DNA from: Geosiphon pyriformis uo1
Taxonomy: Eukaryota > Fungi > Glomeromycota
DNA length: 64,000 nucleotides
Direction: 5' to 3'
Assembly (NCBI GenBank): GCA_016748015.1
Contig: JAAOMT010000591.1
Location: 66,933-130,932 of the forward strand
Part shown: positions 48,430-60,389 of the stretch, piece by piece
Numbering within the stretch: the first letter of the stretch is position 1
Layout of the letters: each line of letters starts with the position of its first letter
Notes under the pieces: model-generated
The model's database searches: none
Told to the model about the DNA's origin: nothing
What the model saw: only the letters and a program-made list of their open reading frames with translations
Position numbers and translations under genes: made by a program

Positions 48430-50229
48430 AAAAGAGGGAATAATGTTATTCATAGAATATAGGAAGTATATTAGCATATAAATTAGCCAATCAGAAATAG
48501 CCATAGTAAATGTGGAATTCCAAAATTCCTCTCAAAGGAATTGCAGAATTCCAGAAATTGCAGGATTCCTGGTGTAAAAAATTAAGAAATTGAGGAATCT
48601 CAATTATGTATATATAGCAGTAGCATTAGAAGTAGAAAAGACAGACCTCTTAGTTTAAATTTGATCTAAGCAACCTTTCACATTACAAATAAATAATTAT
48701 TCACTATTTTAATCCACTTTCCACTATCAATACTTCATGTTGATAGTAATTGATACTTAATCACACTAGAACAATAGCTCTTGATTATGGCTATTGATGA
48801 AATACTAACTGGCCACTACCTTGGCTTATTTTCTTATTTTCTTTTATTTTCTTTGTTATTCTTTTGTTTTACTAAAATTGATTAAGGATTAAATACTAAA
48901 GTACAGACATTATAGGGACTGGTAAAAGACCCATAAAACAAGGATAAAACACTCATAGATTTAAGGATAGCTTACCAAAAGGATTACTGGCTACCACGCT
49001 GAGAAAAAAATTTGATAAAACTGCAGTTTCAGAAAGCTACGGATAAAACAATTAATTAAATTTCTGTTCATTATACAAAAGACTCAACCAAAACCTTCAG
49101 ACCAACAATACCTTCAGATCAACACTTTGACATCAATTAAGCACCAAGTTATGAATTTGTTATTAAACTTGAGATCCTAAATAATCATCTGTAACATCAG
49201 TAAAAAGAAACCTAATTTCAATAATACATCTACGACACTTTTTGCCTCTTATTCCCAACTGATAATCAATAATAAAGGCTGTCAATTTGATCTTCTGCAT
49301 ACTTGTATAATCATGTAGAAAATAGCACAATGTCATGTTGTTAAGCTCTCTAAACACAGCAATGCCTATATCAATTGGAATATCAATATAAAATACTTTG
49401 TACAATGTTAAAGATATTGGAATAAAAATCAACTACAGTTTTTTAAAAAATGTTCTGATCATCATAAGTCATGAAATTTGATATATAATATATTGTTACA
49501 GGTTGGAGTAACAAGCTAATAGATAGCAAGGAAGAACAGAATTATAAGATAATGGAAATAATTAAAGAGAATTCAACTTCAAAGAGTGAATTAAATAAGT
49601 ATGGATTTAATGTGTGAGATTAGTCTCATAAAATATTTCAGTCGCTATTCTTTTCAAAAGGTAACTAGGGAATCTGAAGATAGAGGAATAGTCCATATTG
49701 TTAACAAATAATTACACTTGGTATAATTCTATGTCTTATATCAGTGCTCTTAAAATTTAATATCAAGTATCAGATGTGCTTTTCAGTCACATTTTATTCA
49801 ATAATTTTTAAATGCTACATTTTATATGTTTCAGGAAAAGTTAGAAAAATACCAACAAGTGATTTTTTATCTTAAGATGTTTGGATATTTGAAGGTAAGG
49901 AAAGGAAATTTAGCAATAAGAGAATAATTAAGATGAAAGTTGTTATTTTATTTCTTTTTTTTCTTTGATTCTTACATGCTTTTCTACAGCTAAGAGATTT
50001 ATTGCTTATATAGCTATCAAAAGTGGTCAGTGATCAGGTCAATGACTAGATCAATAATCAGGTCAATGATTAGGTCAATGATCAAGTCAATGATTAGACC
50101 AATAGTCAAGTCATTAATTAGGTCAATGATCACTTTCTAAAAATAGAGTGGCTAATTTATATCACATCAGTGGCTAATACATGTGATATTCAATAAGAAG
50201 TATAAGTTTCAACTGTAACATTATCCTCT

Positions 50230-50846
50230 CCAAAGAGATTAAGCTCTGGCAAAATCAAGCTATTTATGATATAATCTATTTAAAGAGTTTTATCTAACTC
50301 AAAGCTAACTAGTTTGTTGAAGTCTTTTGTGGATAAGATATATAATACTTGAGGTGAAATAAGTTTTGTATCCAAGAAACCAAATCTTTGTATTAAAGTT
50401 TTGGCTCTTTTAGCAATAATTAAAACTCTTGGGACATCTAACCATATAATGCCCAAAATTTCTGCCTGTATCTTTGAAGTTGTTTTCTTCATAAGTTTTA
50501 TATCCTCTATGATTTCACCTAGACAACCATAGAGTTTTAATTGCCTTCCATATGACAAGTTTTTGTCTATGGGTAAGATTTCTTGGAGTGTTTTTTCAAT
50601 TGTGTTGGAAGGTAGAAGTATAACTGCTGTTATACTTTCCAACAGATATTTATTTATTTTACTACCAATTTTTTTTCTTCTGGTAGTAGTTTTTTTTGGT
50701 CTGATAACAATATGTGTTCTATTGTTATCAGTTATAGTAGTTTGTTTTCCAATGGTCAGAGTAGCATTTGGATAGTTTTTGATTCAATACTTATGGAGAG
50801 TATAGAAGATATTTTGAATATTTTGATCCAGAAAATAATTGTTCAT
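50230..50846 (-). pseudogene. accessory ORF3 of D
   Basis: TATAAATA at about 50885-50892 (minus), ATG 50846. LYGCLGE, IAKRAKTLIQRF and ISPQVLYILSTKDFNKL echo the Y..LG, AR..Y.L...F and IT..QI..LT..QF..L motifs of the A/B/C ORF3. Confidence 0.65.
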
Positions 50847-53800
50847 GTTGATTAAAGATATCTCTGTTTTGGGAATGGTGCATTTATTTATACTTGATTT
50901 TTGCTGATTATTTAAGTCAATATTACCATAACAGACAGCCAATTAAGTTATTTATGATAATTTTTAAGTCATATACCATAAACAGGATGATTATTGAAGA
51001 TTGTTCCAGATTAATCTTGAAGAATATAAGAATCATTGTTCAAAACTTTGTTGACTATAAAGAGTTCTTTCTACTGGCTAGAAAATTTATCACCATAAAT
51101 GTTGTCTCTGTCAGAACGGTATTCTAGTACCAAGTCACTACTTAAAGAAAGTGTTTTATAAGTTTTTTTTTTTCTTAAGCTTTTTTTAGAACTGTTTTAT
51201 TTTTTCAAAAGCAATTATTCATGCTTCTACCAAGGAGTCAAAAATAGTACTAAGTCTTCTTTGCAAAATGTTTTTGTAATTTCTTATTGTGATTTTTTCA
51301 AAAAGTATTGTTTCAATGTCAGTTTCTATTGGTAGTGTTGCCATGCATTCATAGAGCAGATAAAAAGATTCATAACTTGTTATGTTATAATTCACAGTTC
51401 TATAAGCAAACAAAGCTAAAGGCAGTATTTTGTCCCATAAGTTTGTTTCTTCACTGGTTTTGGTTAGGGTTTCACATAATGTTTTATTAAAACATTCTAC
51501 TAGGCTATTTGTTTAGGAGTAATAAGGGGAGGAAAATTTATGATGTATTCCCATTTTTCTATAAAGTTCTTTAACCAGTATACTGAAAAAAGCTCTTTCT
51601 CTATCAGATAAAAGTTCTTTGGGACAGCCATAACAGCAAATAATATCTTCATAAATGAAATTGGCTATTAAGATTGCTGTTTGGTCTGGGGTGGCTCTTG
51701 TTTCTACTCACTTTGTAAGGTAGTTGGTAGCTGTAATAATGTATCTGTTGTCATCAAGAGTTATTGTTAAAAGTCTAACAACATCTATACCAATTCTGTC
51801 AAATAGTTGACCAACAAAAATTGGATGGATATCTTCTTTGTGATTGGGTTTGCCTTTTCTTTGGCAGATGTTACAGGTTTTAATGTATTTAGCAATGTCT
51901 TTTCCTAAGGTAAGCCAATAATAATGAGCTAAAGTTTTTTGAATTTTTTTTGTTTTTTCAAAGTGTCTAGCTAATGGGTCAGTATGCATATTGTATATTA
52001 CAATTTCTCTTTTTTCAAATCTAATGACTCTCTGGGGGTGGTCAGGATCTTTTCTGTTTCTTTTGTATAATTGGTTCTGGCAGATCAAATAGAAATTTAA
52101 TTTTTTGCACAAATGTTCTCTTTGTTGTCGAGTGTATTCTGGTGGGTATTGTCCTTTATCCAAAAATTTCATTAAACCAGAATAGTTGTCCAAGTTAATT
52201 ATTGTGTTTGTTTGTGAAGGAGTTACTAATAATTAAGTTGGTTTGGTTTGAGGGGTTGTACTATCACTAGATGATAAGTCTAGAGAAAACATTGGCATTT
52301 TGATGATTTGCTTCTTTGTGGTGTTGAATATTATAATCAAATTCATCCAAATGAAGTATACAGCGAGTTATTCATTTGTGTTCCAGCTTTTTTTTATTGT
52401 ACAGCCAAACCAAGACTTAATAATCTGTTACCACTAAGAATTTTGCACCAAGAAGATATTGATCTCAGTAGTTAGTAGTCCAAACTACTGTTAAACATTC
52501 TTGTTTAGTAACTGAATAGTTCTTTTCTACTGGTGTAAGAAATCTACTGACATATACTATGGTATGTTCTTTGCCATTTTCATCTTTTTGTGAAAGAACA
52601 GCACCAAGTCCATAGCCAGATGCATCAGTATGAAAAATAAAAGATTGGTCCAGATTAGGTTGTTTGAGAATTAGTTCAGTAACAAGTTTTTCCTTCAGAA
52701 ATTCAAAAGCTTTTTGTTGATAAGTGTCTCAATAATAATTGACATTTTTCCTGAGTAGCTAATTAAGAGGAAAGGTAATTTTGGAAAAATCCTTGAAAAA
52801 TTTGTGATAGTAAGAGGCCAAACCAAAGAAAGAGTGTAGTTCAAGAACATTTATTGGTTGTTTAATGTTCTGAACTTTTTCAACTTTAGCTGGGTCAGGG
52901 AAGATTCCATCTTTTGTAATAAGATGACCAAAGAACTGGGTGGATTGGCATTCAAAGAAAAATTTGATTGGGTTGATCTTAAAACCAGCATTTCTGAACA
53001 GATTAAAAACCTTCTGTAAATGTTCAAGGTGTTCATCTCAGGTTTTTGAATATATCATTATATAATCAAAGTAAACCAGAACAAAGTTTTCCTTTACTGA
53101 TTCAAACACTTTATTTATTAAGCATTGAAAGATAGGAGGAGTATTGGTGAGACCAAAAGGCATGACTGTGAATTCATAAGTGCCATACTTGGTAATAAAG
53201 GCAGTTTTCTTTCTGCTTTCTGGATCCATCTCTACTTGCCAGAATCCAGCAGTTAAGTCAATAGTTAAGAAAAAAGCAGCATCATTGAATTTATCTAGCA
53301 TTGTATCAATTTTGGAAAGTGGGTATATGTCTCTTATAGTAATAGCATTTAATTGGCAGTAGTTAACACAGAAACATAGAGTTCCATCTTTCTTGGATAC
53401 CACTACAACTGGAAAAGCCCATTCACTCTTGGTTTCTTGTATGAATTCAAGATTTTTCATCTGGTTTATTTCTTTTTTAATAAACTTATCATTGCATCTA
53501 TTGGATTGATAAGGCTTCAAATGAATGAAATGAGTTTCTTTTGTGGTGATGGTGTGTTGTATTATATGAGTTTATCTAGGGGTATCACTTTTTTTTGAAA
53601 TAACTGGGCTATTTTTAGCCAACAGATTTTCAATGTCCACTTTTCTTTCTTCAAAAGAAGATTCTCTTTGTTCTACAACTAATGATTGGATTTCAGATGG
53701 TTTATTCTCAAAGGACTTTTGTACTTCTTTTAGTTCTTCTCTGAGTATCAAACTAATTGGCTCCCAATTTTTGTAATAGATTAGACAGGACTTGTATTCA

Positions 53801-56800
53801 TCACTAGGGGAATACAAAGGTTTATTACATCAGCACCTAACACAAGAACCATGTTACCAATAGCTGTATTTGGCTTTCTTGCCAGGTTTTCTATCAAAGA
53901 TTCTTCTGAGAATGTCATAGTAGGACCAGCAGATTAGCTTGTCATTTACCATAATTCCTTCTTTGTCAGCTTTAACATTGTCCAGTGGCTTGCCATTGCT
54001 GATAAAAATGGTATAGACAAGTTCAACAGTTTTTTCTTGTTCTTTTTGATCTTCTTCATCATTACTCTCATCATCATCTGATTCATCTAATTGTTCTTCT
54101 TCTTGTTTCTGTTTGGTTACTGGAGGAGTTATCTAATAATAGCATTTAACCACAATGGGTTTCTCATCATATCTGATGGTTAGCTTGCAAAGTTCATAGT
54201 CAAGTAAGACTTTTGCTTTCTTAAGCCATTCATTGTTAACTATTATGGTGTATTCTTTGGCTTCAGATACTTCCATGTCAGTTTCAATGCTGATACTATT
54301 AATGCAAACAGGAACAGCTTTGGCTATGCCCAGACCTTTCTTCTTGTCACCATGTATATTGGTTATTGGTCTTGTAAATAGTTCATTAATCTTTCTGCCA
54401 ATTGTTTCTAAAAAGTGTTTGGCAATGACGCTAACAGATAATCCACTGTCCAGAATCAGATCAATAAAATAACCAGTCATTTGGGCTTTACAAATGAGAG
54501 GGGTAACATTGTTGTTGTCAGCAAGTCCAGCTTAACATGGACATTTGTTGGTCTTTGGTGTCTTTTTCTTGGGTATTAATGATTTACAAAGATCTTTTTT
54601 GAACTGTAAGTGGGTCATTAGTTGGCCAAATGTAATATGTGCTGGAGTTTCCATGAGATCTTTAACAACAGAATAAGGACCAGATTTTTGTACTATTTCT
54701 GGGAGTTCTAACTTTGGAGAATTCTTAAAAACTTTGGCCTTTGGTGGCTCATTGTCATCAGCAGAGGATTTGGATGTTTTGTTTGAGTCCAAGATGAAAT
54801 TAACCTTGGCTTTCTTCTTCTTTCTGGTTGATTCAGAGGTGTTGATTGCTAGTTCATCCATATCATGATTATTATCATTTAGATTAAAAGCATAAAAGGG
54901 ATTTTTTTCTGGTTGGCTTGCACTTTTACCCTTTGGAAATGCACCTACCAGTTTAAAGGCTAATAAACAGTAGCTTTAACTAAAGAATCCTCTCCAAAGA
55001 AATTGATGTTAGCATGATTGGATCTTTGATTGGAAATATTGTTGTTGATGGTTCTGTTGTATTGATTGTTATTGTTTCTAAGAGCTGGAGGAAACAGAGA
55101 AGGATTGTTACAATCTTTGGAAAAATGTCCAGTTAATTCACAGTGGTAACACACAGGTGGGCCACAATTTTGTTGTCTTTGATATAGGAATTGCTGGGGT
55201 TAATTAAAATGGGGTTCAAATCTGGGTTTTTGGGGTTGTTAATTCTCTCTGACAGCTTGGGCTAAGAGTTCTAGTAACCAGACAAGATTAGTTGTAAGTC
55301 TATCTATTAACTGTTCATTTGGGTCTTGAATTTGGGCAGCAAAAGAGACAGCAGCCATTTGTGGAGCTAGAGCCATGACAGAAGCAGGAGCAAAAACTGG
55401 AAGTGTGAATTCCAAATGCATCTTTTGGTTATCTTTAATTCTTTGTGCCAGTTTAATAGCCATGTTTATTGTTGAGTTGTCTTTTAAAGCCAAGAGAGAC
55501 CAAAGAACATACAATAAATTAGTTCTTAATCCTTTTGTAAAGAAATAGATCTTTTGCTCTTCTGTCCAGTTTCTCCTAGAGTCTACACGTTTAATTAGCT
55601 TTTTAATAGCTTTGACATATTCAGTTACTACTTCTCTAGGGCTTTGGGTTCTTTTTTCTAATTCCATGTGCCATTTGGATATTAATATTGGGGTTCTGAA
55701 CTTGGTCTCAAACTGGGTAGTGAAAGAGGTATTTTTTTCTCCAGCATTGATTGGTGTCCATCTGATTATTCTGTGTTGAGCATTGGCATCTGTTTCTTGT
55801 AAAAACCAGATAGCAGGAGAGCCTTGCAGATAGCCACCAACAATTTGGAACTTGTATTTTTTATCATACTGATTTGCAGTAGCTGCTTTCTCAAAATTAT
55901 CTAACCATTCAATTGGATCTTGTGCATCACCTTTAAATAGTGATAGTGGAGTATTGTTTCTTTTTTCTAGAGCAGTTTGTATACCTTGGAGGGTGGCCAG
56001 AATGTTTGCTTGCATGAGATCATTAGCCATTGGTTCAGAAGTAACTGTTTATATAGATAAGTTTGATTCACTTGATAAAAAGTCAAAAACAGAGGCAGTT
56101 TAATAGCTTTCTTCTTTTGTTTCAAAGGGTGTTTTAGTTGCTTGATGGGCAGCAATCCAAATATAAATTTAATGATTCAGATATTCGGAATTAGGGGGCT
56201 GTTGTTCAAAGGTTGTGGAGTATAAAAGTTGATTGATGCTGTTGTTTCTTTTTTCAAAGTTGTCTTCAAAATAAGCTTGATCAAAGTAATAAGTTGTATA
56301 GGCTGTGTAGGTTTCAGCTGAATGCTCATTCAGGAACCAGTTCCAAAAATTTTGGAATTGTCTACTGGATTGATTTTCAATGGAGAAGCAAATCAAGCAG
56401 AAGAGCAAAAGATTAAGTTCAATAAAGTCTAGTTCATTTTTGTTGTGTGCTTTAAAATGTTCTTCTGATTGTTGTGGCAGATATGAATAATCACCCATAC
56501 AATAGGAAACAAAGTGAATTTTAACAACCTCACAGGAAGCACCACTTTTATGTTATAGATTAGAGTAATAAGCTAATGGATAGCAAAGGAGAACAGAATT
56601 GTAAGGTGATGAAAATAATCAAAGGGAATTCAATTTCAAAGAGCAAATTGAATGAGTATGAATTCAATGTGCGAGATTAGTCTCATAAAATATCTCAGTT
56701 ACTATTCTTTTCAAAAAGTAACTAGGAAATCTAAAGGTAGAAGAATAGTCCGTACTGTCAATAAATGATCACACTTGATATAATTCTATGCCTTATATCA

Positions 56801-57081
56801 GCGCTCTTAGAATTCAATATCAAGTATCAGATGTGCTCTTCAGTCATGTTTTATTCAATAATTTTCAAATGCTACACTTTATACATTTCAGGAAAAAGTA
56901 AGAAAATACCAACAAATGATCTTTTATCCTAAAATGTTTAGATACTTGAAGGTAAAGAAAGAGAATTTAGCAATAAGAAAATAATTAAGATGAAAGTTGT
57001 TATTTTATTTCTTTTTTTTCTTTGATTCTTACATGCTTTTTTACAGTTAAGAGATTTATCACTTATATAACTATCAAAAGT

Positions 57082-57213
57082 GGTTAATGATTAGGTCAAC
57101 AACTAGGTCAATAATCAGGTTAATGATTAAGTCAATGATCAGGTTATTGATTAAGTCAATAATCAGGTCAATGATCAGGTTAATGATCAGGTTATTAATC
57201 AGATCAATGATTA
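57082..57213 (+). repeat. 12-bp tandem array (AGGTCAATGATC) in U3 of D-family LTRs
   Basis: Also at about 50026-50132 and 59086-59170. The 24-bp difference between the D LTRs (751 vs 727 bp) equals two units. Confidence 0.9.
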
Positions 57214-58458
57214 CTTTCTAAAAATAGAGTGGCTAATTTATATGTCATTAGTGTCTAATACATGTAATATTCAATGAGAAGTATAAGTTTTAACCATAAC
57301 AATATATAAGCATGCAATGGCTTCCAAATTAATGTGACTATATGTTGTTTCTAAGGAAAATCTATCTGTTAAAAATTACTTAGAATGGACCTAAAATGAA
57401 ACAAATTTTATGTTTAAGTTAAAGTATGAACAAGTCTTTTTTATTTACAAGCAATTATTAACTTTTGCACTGAAGTTCATTTCAATAGGTCTTCATTAAG
57501 ACTTGCAGCTAGACAAATGTTTATACCAATTTGGTCTGCTTGGTGCCATTCTATTTACCAATTAATTAAAATTCCTAATGAAGAACAATGGCTATAATTA
57601 AAGCCTGAAGTTTGCAAGCTGATTCAAGAAAAAATTGTAATTTCTCAATCTAAACTTTCAAATCAACATCAAGGCCATGATACAATATTTAAAGAAATTA
57701 ACAAAATGCTCAAATCATTAATTTTTTCTACACCTTCACAATGGCATTGGAAAATTGCAGTGCATAACTGTATCAAATTTGAGAAATTGCATACTAACTT
57801 CTTTAATGTCATCAGATATTCTAAAAGTGAAATATACAGATCTCATACACATCCTAGCTTTATTGCTAAATCAAATCAATTTTGAGTTCAGATAAAAAAA
57901 ACACAGTTTGTAAATCCAAATGTCTCTAATCATGTTTTTTATAATATTGGCCATGAATAGATATTAAGTGAAGAAATGAAAAAATTCAGTGAAATTGCAT
58001 GGATGAAAAGAATAGACTTTCTTAAAGCAAGGCAAATTAAGAAAACATTGTTAAGTACTTGGAAACCAATTCCAGTAACAAGTGAAGAAGCAGATCATCA
58101 AAAAATATAAATCTGTTAATAAAATCACAACTATTATCTATTATTAACTCTCTAATATCTCTTTTAAGTGATTATGTTTTTGAAACTTATCAAGTTAATT
58201 GTGTAACAGCTTAATAAATATTCTTTAAAAAGTTAGAAATATATTGTATTGTGTACAGTTTTGTTTATATAGGGTTGGATGTATTACTATTTATAATTGG
58301 CATTTTTAAAACATAATATGTTTAGTCTAGGTCCGAATCTCCATTTTGCATGATTATGTTTAGATTATGAAAAGCATTCAACATGGATTTATTTGCCCCA
58401 AAAAAGTTGATTTTTAATACATCTTTAAAACTATCAGTCAAACTTTTGCTTGCTAATA

Positions 58459-59798
58459 TTAAATATTGGTCAAATGATAAATATGATTGCTAGTATAGAG
58501 CTCTTTTTTAATTGTGAATGCCAAAGTTGGTGTAAAAATGTATTTATTGAGTATTGTTACAGGTTGGAATAACAAGTTAATGGATAGCAAAGGAGAACAG
58601 AATTGTAAGGTGATGAAAATAATCAAAGGGAATTCAACTTCAAAGAGTGAATTGAATAAGTATGAATTCAATATGTGAGATCAGTCTCATAAAATATCTC
58701 AGTCACTATACTTTTCAAAGATAACCAGAGAATCTGAAGATAGAAAGATAGTCCATACTGTTAACAAATAATCACACTTGGTATAATTTTATGCCTCACA
58801 TTGGCACTCTTAGAATTTAATATCAAGTATCAGATGTGCTTTTTAGTTATGTTTTATTTAATAATCTTCAAATATTACAATTACACATTTCAAGAAAAGG
58901 GTAAGGAATAACCAACAAGTAATCTTTTATCTTTAAGATGTTCAGATACTTGAAAGTAGAGAAAAGAAAATTAGTGATAAGAGAGAGATTGAGATAAAAG
59001 TTGTTATTTTATTTATTTTATTTCTTTGATTTCTTTATACTTTTTTACAGCTAAAATATTCATCACTTATATAGCTATCAAAAATGGTCAATGATCAGGT
59101 CAACGGTCAGATCAATAATCAGGTTATTGATTAGGTCAACTATCAAGTCAATAATCAGGTCAATGATTACTTTCTAAAAATAAAGTGGCTAATTTATATG
59201 ACATCATTGGCTAATATATGTAATAATTAATAAGAAGTATAAGTTTTAACCATAACAGTATATATTGGAATCCTCATGCTTTGAGTTTTATTACTGGTCA
59301 CATTTCTCTTCTTAAGGAAAGGTAAATTCGAACTCCATTCCCAGTTGATTTGTTCAAACAATGTCCCATTAACAAACTTGTTTCTGAAGGATCTCATTGG
59401 ACCATTATTCTTACTCATAGGTTTGTTAATTTCTTATCCCAATATGGAAAAAAAATAATCTCATTAGCCAAAGTTTGATTCAAAGTAACTTCATTGATAC
59501 CCACAGCAATAGTTTCTAAAGCACTACTAACCTCTGAAGCACCACCAGTCTCCAAAGCACCAAGAGCAGCAGTACTGTATTATATGTCAACTATTATTAA
59601 AACTCTTATAATACCTGCAAACAACAAGCCAAATATAATAGTTCTGTTATTGTTTTCTGATAATGATGATGGCTTATAAAGAAGAAGAGTAATTGAATGT
59701 TGTAATATTTCAGAAATTTTGTTTAGTGTTCTACAATCGTTTCCAGAAACTTTTCTAATTTTTTTTACTACCATAAAAAAAATGATTTTCATTGACAA
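58459..59798 (-). pseudogene. degraded unknown ORF inside the pogo-like element, split by the solo LTR
   Basis: Frame continues across the GTAT TSD (..KA*GFQYI|LNKYIFTPTLAF..). Contains a hydrophobic/small-residue stretch IIFGLLFAGII.VLIIVDI..STAALGALETGGAS. Confidence 0.4.
58555..59257 (-). mobile_element. solo LTR of the D family
   Basis: Collinear with the D LTRs. TGTTACA...ATAACA ends. 4-bp TSD GTAT/GTAT. No internal sequence. Confidence 0.95.
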
Positions 59799-60219
59799 AT
59801 CGGGAAATTTTCCTGACTGTATATGTTTGATTAAATATAAGATAACATCTGATGTTTATATCTAATATTATATAATTATAGTGTGACTATAGAGAGTGAA
59901 AATTACTTATATTCTGCTATTATATTTGTGGGAATTAGGACTATAAGGAGATATATATAGTAAAAATGACTATAAGAAGATAATATTATATATAAATGGT
60001 TTTGGTTTTTAAAAAAATGTGATTATAAGAAAATAGTGACTATAACCAGAGGGACTATAGAAAGAGTTCACTGTATTGGTTTATATAATTTTAAGAAAGC
60101 AAAGTTTTGGCTCATTTTTTTTCACTTTTAGCTAATAAATAGCTTTCAAAAAGATCAGAAAATGTTTTTTGAATAAGTCATTTATAATTTATCAATAATA
60201 AATGGTGTTGAAAAGCCAT

Positions 60220-60389
60220 AAAAAAATGCATCAAATATCAATACTTTGATTTTTTTGATTGGCTAATGAAAGGAAAACTTTTTACTGGCCAATTAACCAA
60301 ATAATGTGATTGGTTGAGTTAATTCAGAATCAACACAGTGTTGAATTAATGATTCCGAATTAACTCAAATCCTGTTTCAACTCATGACA
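60220..60389 (-). repeat. right TIR of the Ginger-like element
   Basis: Inverted copy of 11542-11739, ending ...CTCATGACA. Confidence 0.9.

Larger units (their letters stand above)
19096..49196 (+). mobile_element. Ty3/Gypsy element A (dUTPase-bearing), interrupted by B and C
   Basis: 5' LTR about 19096-19628 plus 29685-29974 (first ~14 bp missing). PBS from 29975. gag 30038-30362 then 40461 onward. PR, dUTPase, RT, RNase H, IN to 47729. ORF3. PPT 48428-48443. 3' LTR 48444-49196. Confidence 0.9.
49494..57301 (-). mobile_element. Ty3/Gypsy element D (different family, no dUTPase), full length
   Basis: LTRs 49494-50220 and 56551-57301. PBS TGGTGCTTCCTGTGAGG 56528-56544. PPT 50221-50232. TSD ATAT/ATAT. 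Gag (FKGDAQDPIEWL, CYHCELTGHFSKDC), PR (LILDSG), RT (MPFGLTN), RNase H, IN. Confidence 0.95.
49197..58130 (+). pseudogene. 5'-truncated unknown gene (49197-49493 plus 57302-58130), probably TE-borne and possibly DUF6589-like; interrupted by D
   Basis: Frame rejoins exactly across the D TSD: NQLQFFKKCSDHHKS*NLIYN|IYKHAMASKLM..YLQAIINF..LAARQMF.PIWSA..NQHQGHD..KEINKMLK. Family assignment is from memory and uncertain. Confidence 0.55.
17261..60073 (-). mobile_element. pogo/Tigger-like Tc1-mariner element split by nested insertions
   Basis: TIRs CAATGAACTCTCTTTATAAT (17261) and ACTATAGAAAGAGTTCACTG (ends 60073). TA on both flanks. Repeated subterminal GACTATA motifs at both ends. The host Ginger reading frame rejoins across it. 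Confidence 0.85.
11542..60389 (-). mobile_element. Ginger2/TDD-like DNA transposon (rve-integrase transposase), inflated to 48.8 kb by nested insertions; own sequence 11542-12394, 15539-17260, 60074-60389
   Basis: Long TIRs with TGT...ACA termini. Degraded transposase runs from ATG at about 60181 (MTYSKTFSDLF), resumes in frame at 17260 with the HHCC region, then rve core (LQIDLV..YKYIC.A.DYFTK..FG..TIL..NN.K.F..IIN.YPRH) and a C-terminal Cys cluster (NCKETCRTNYCNCKKTRVLCDTQC). No clear TSD. Confidence 0.8.

Noticed and set aside
11542-60389. Giant cargo-carrying element (Starship, Maverick/Polinton or endogenous virus)
   Set aside because: The size is explained by nested insertions. No tyrosine recombinase captain, DNA polymerase B, packaging ATPase or capsid genes were seen.
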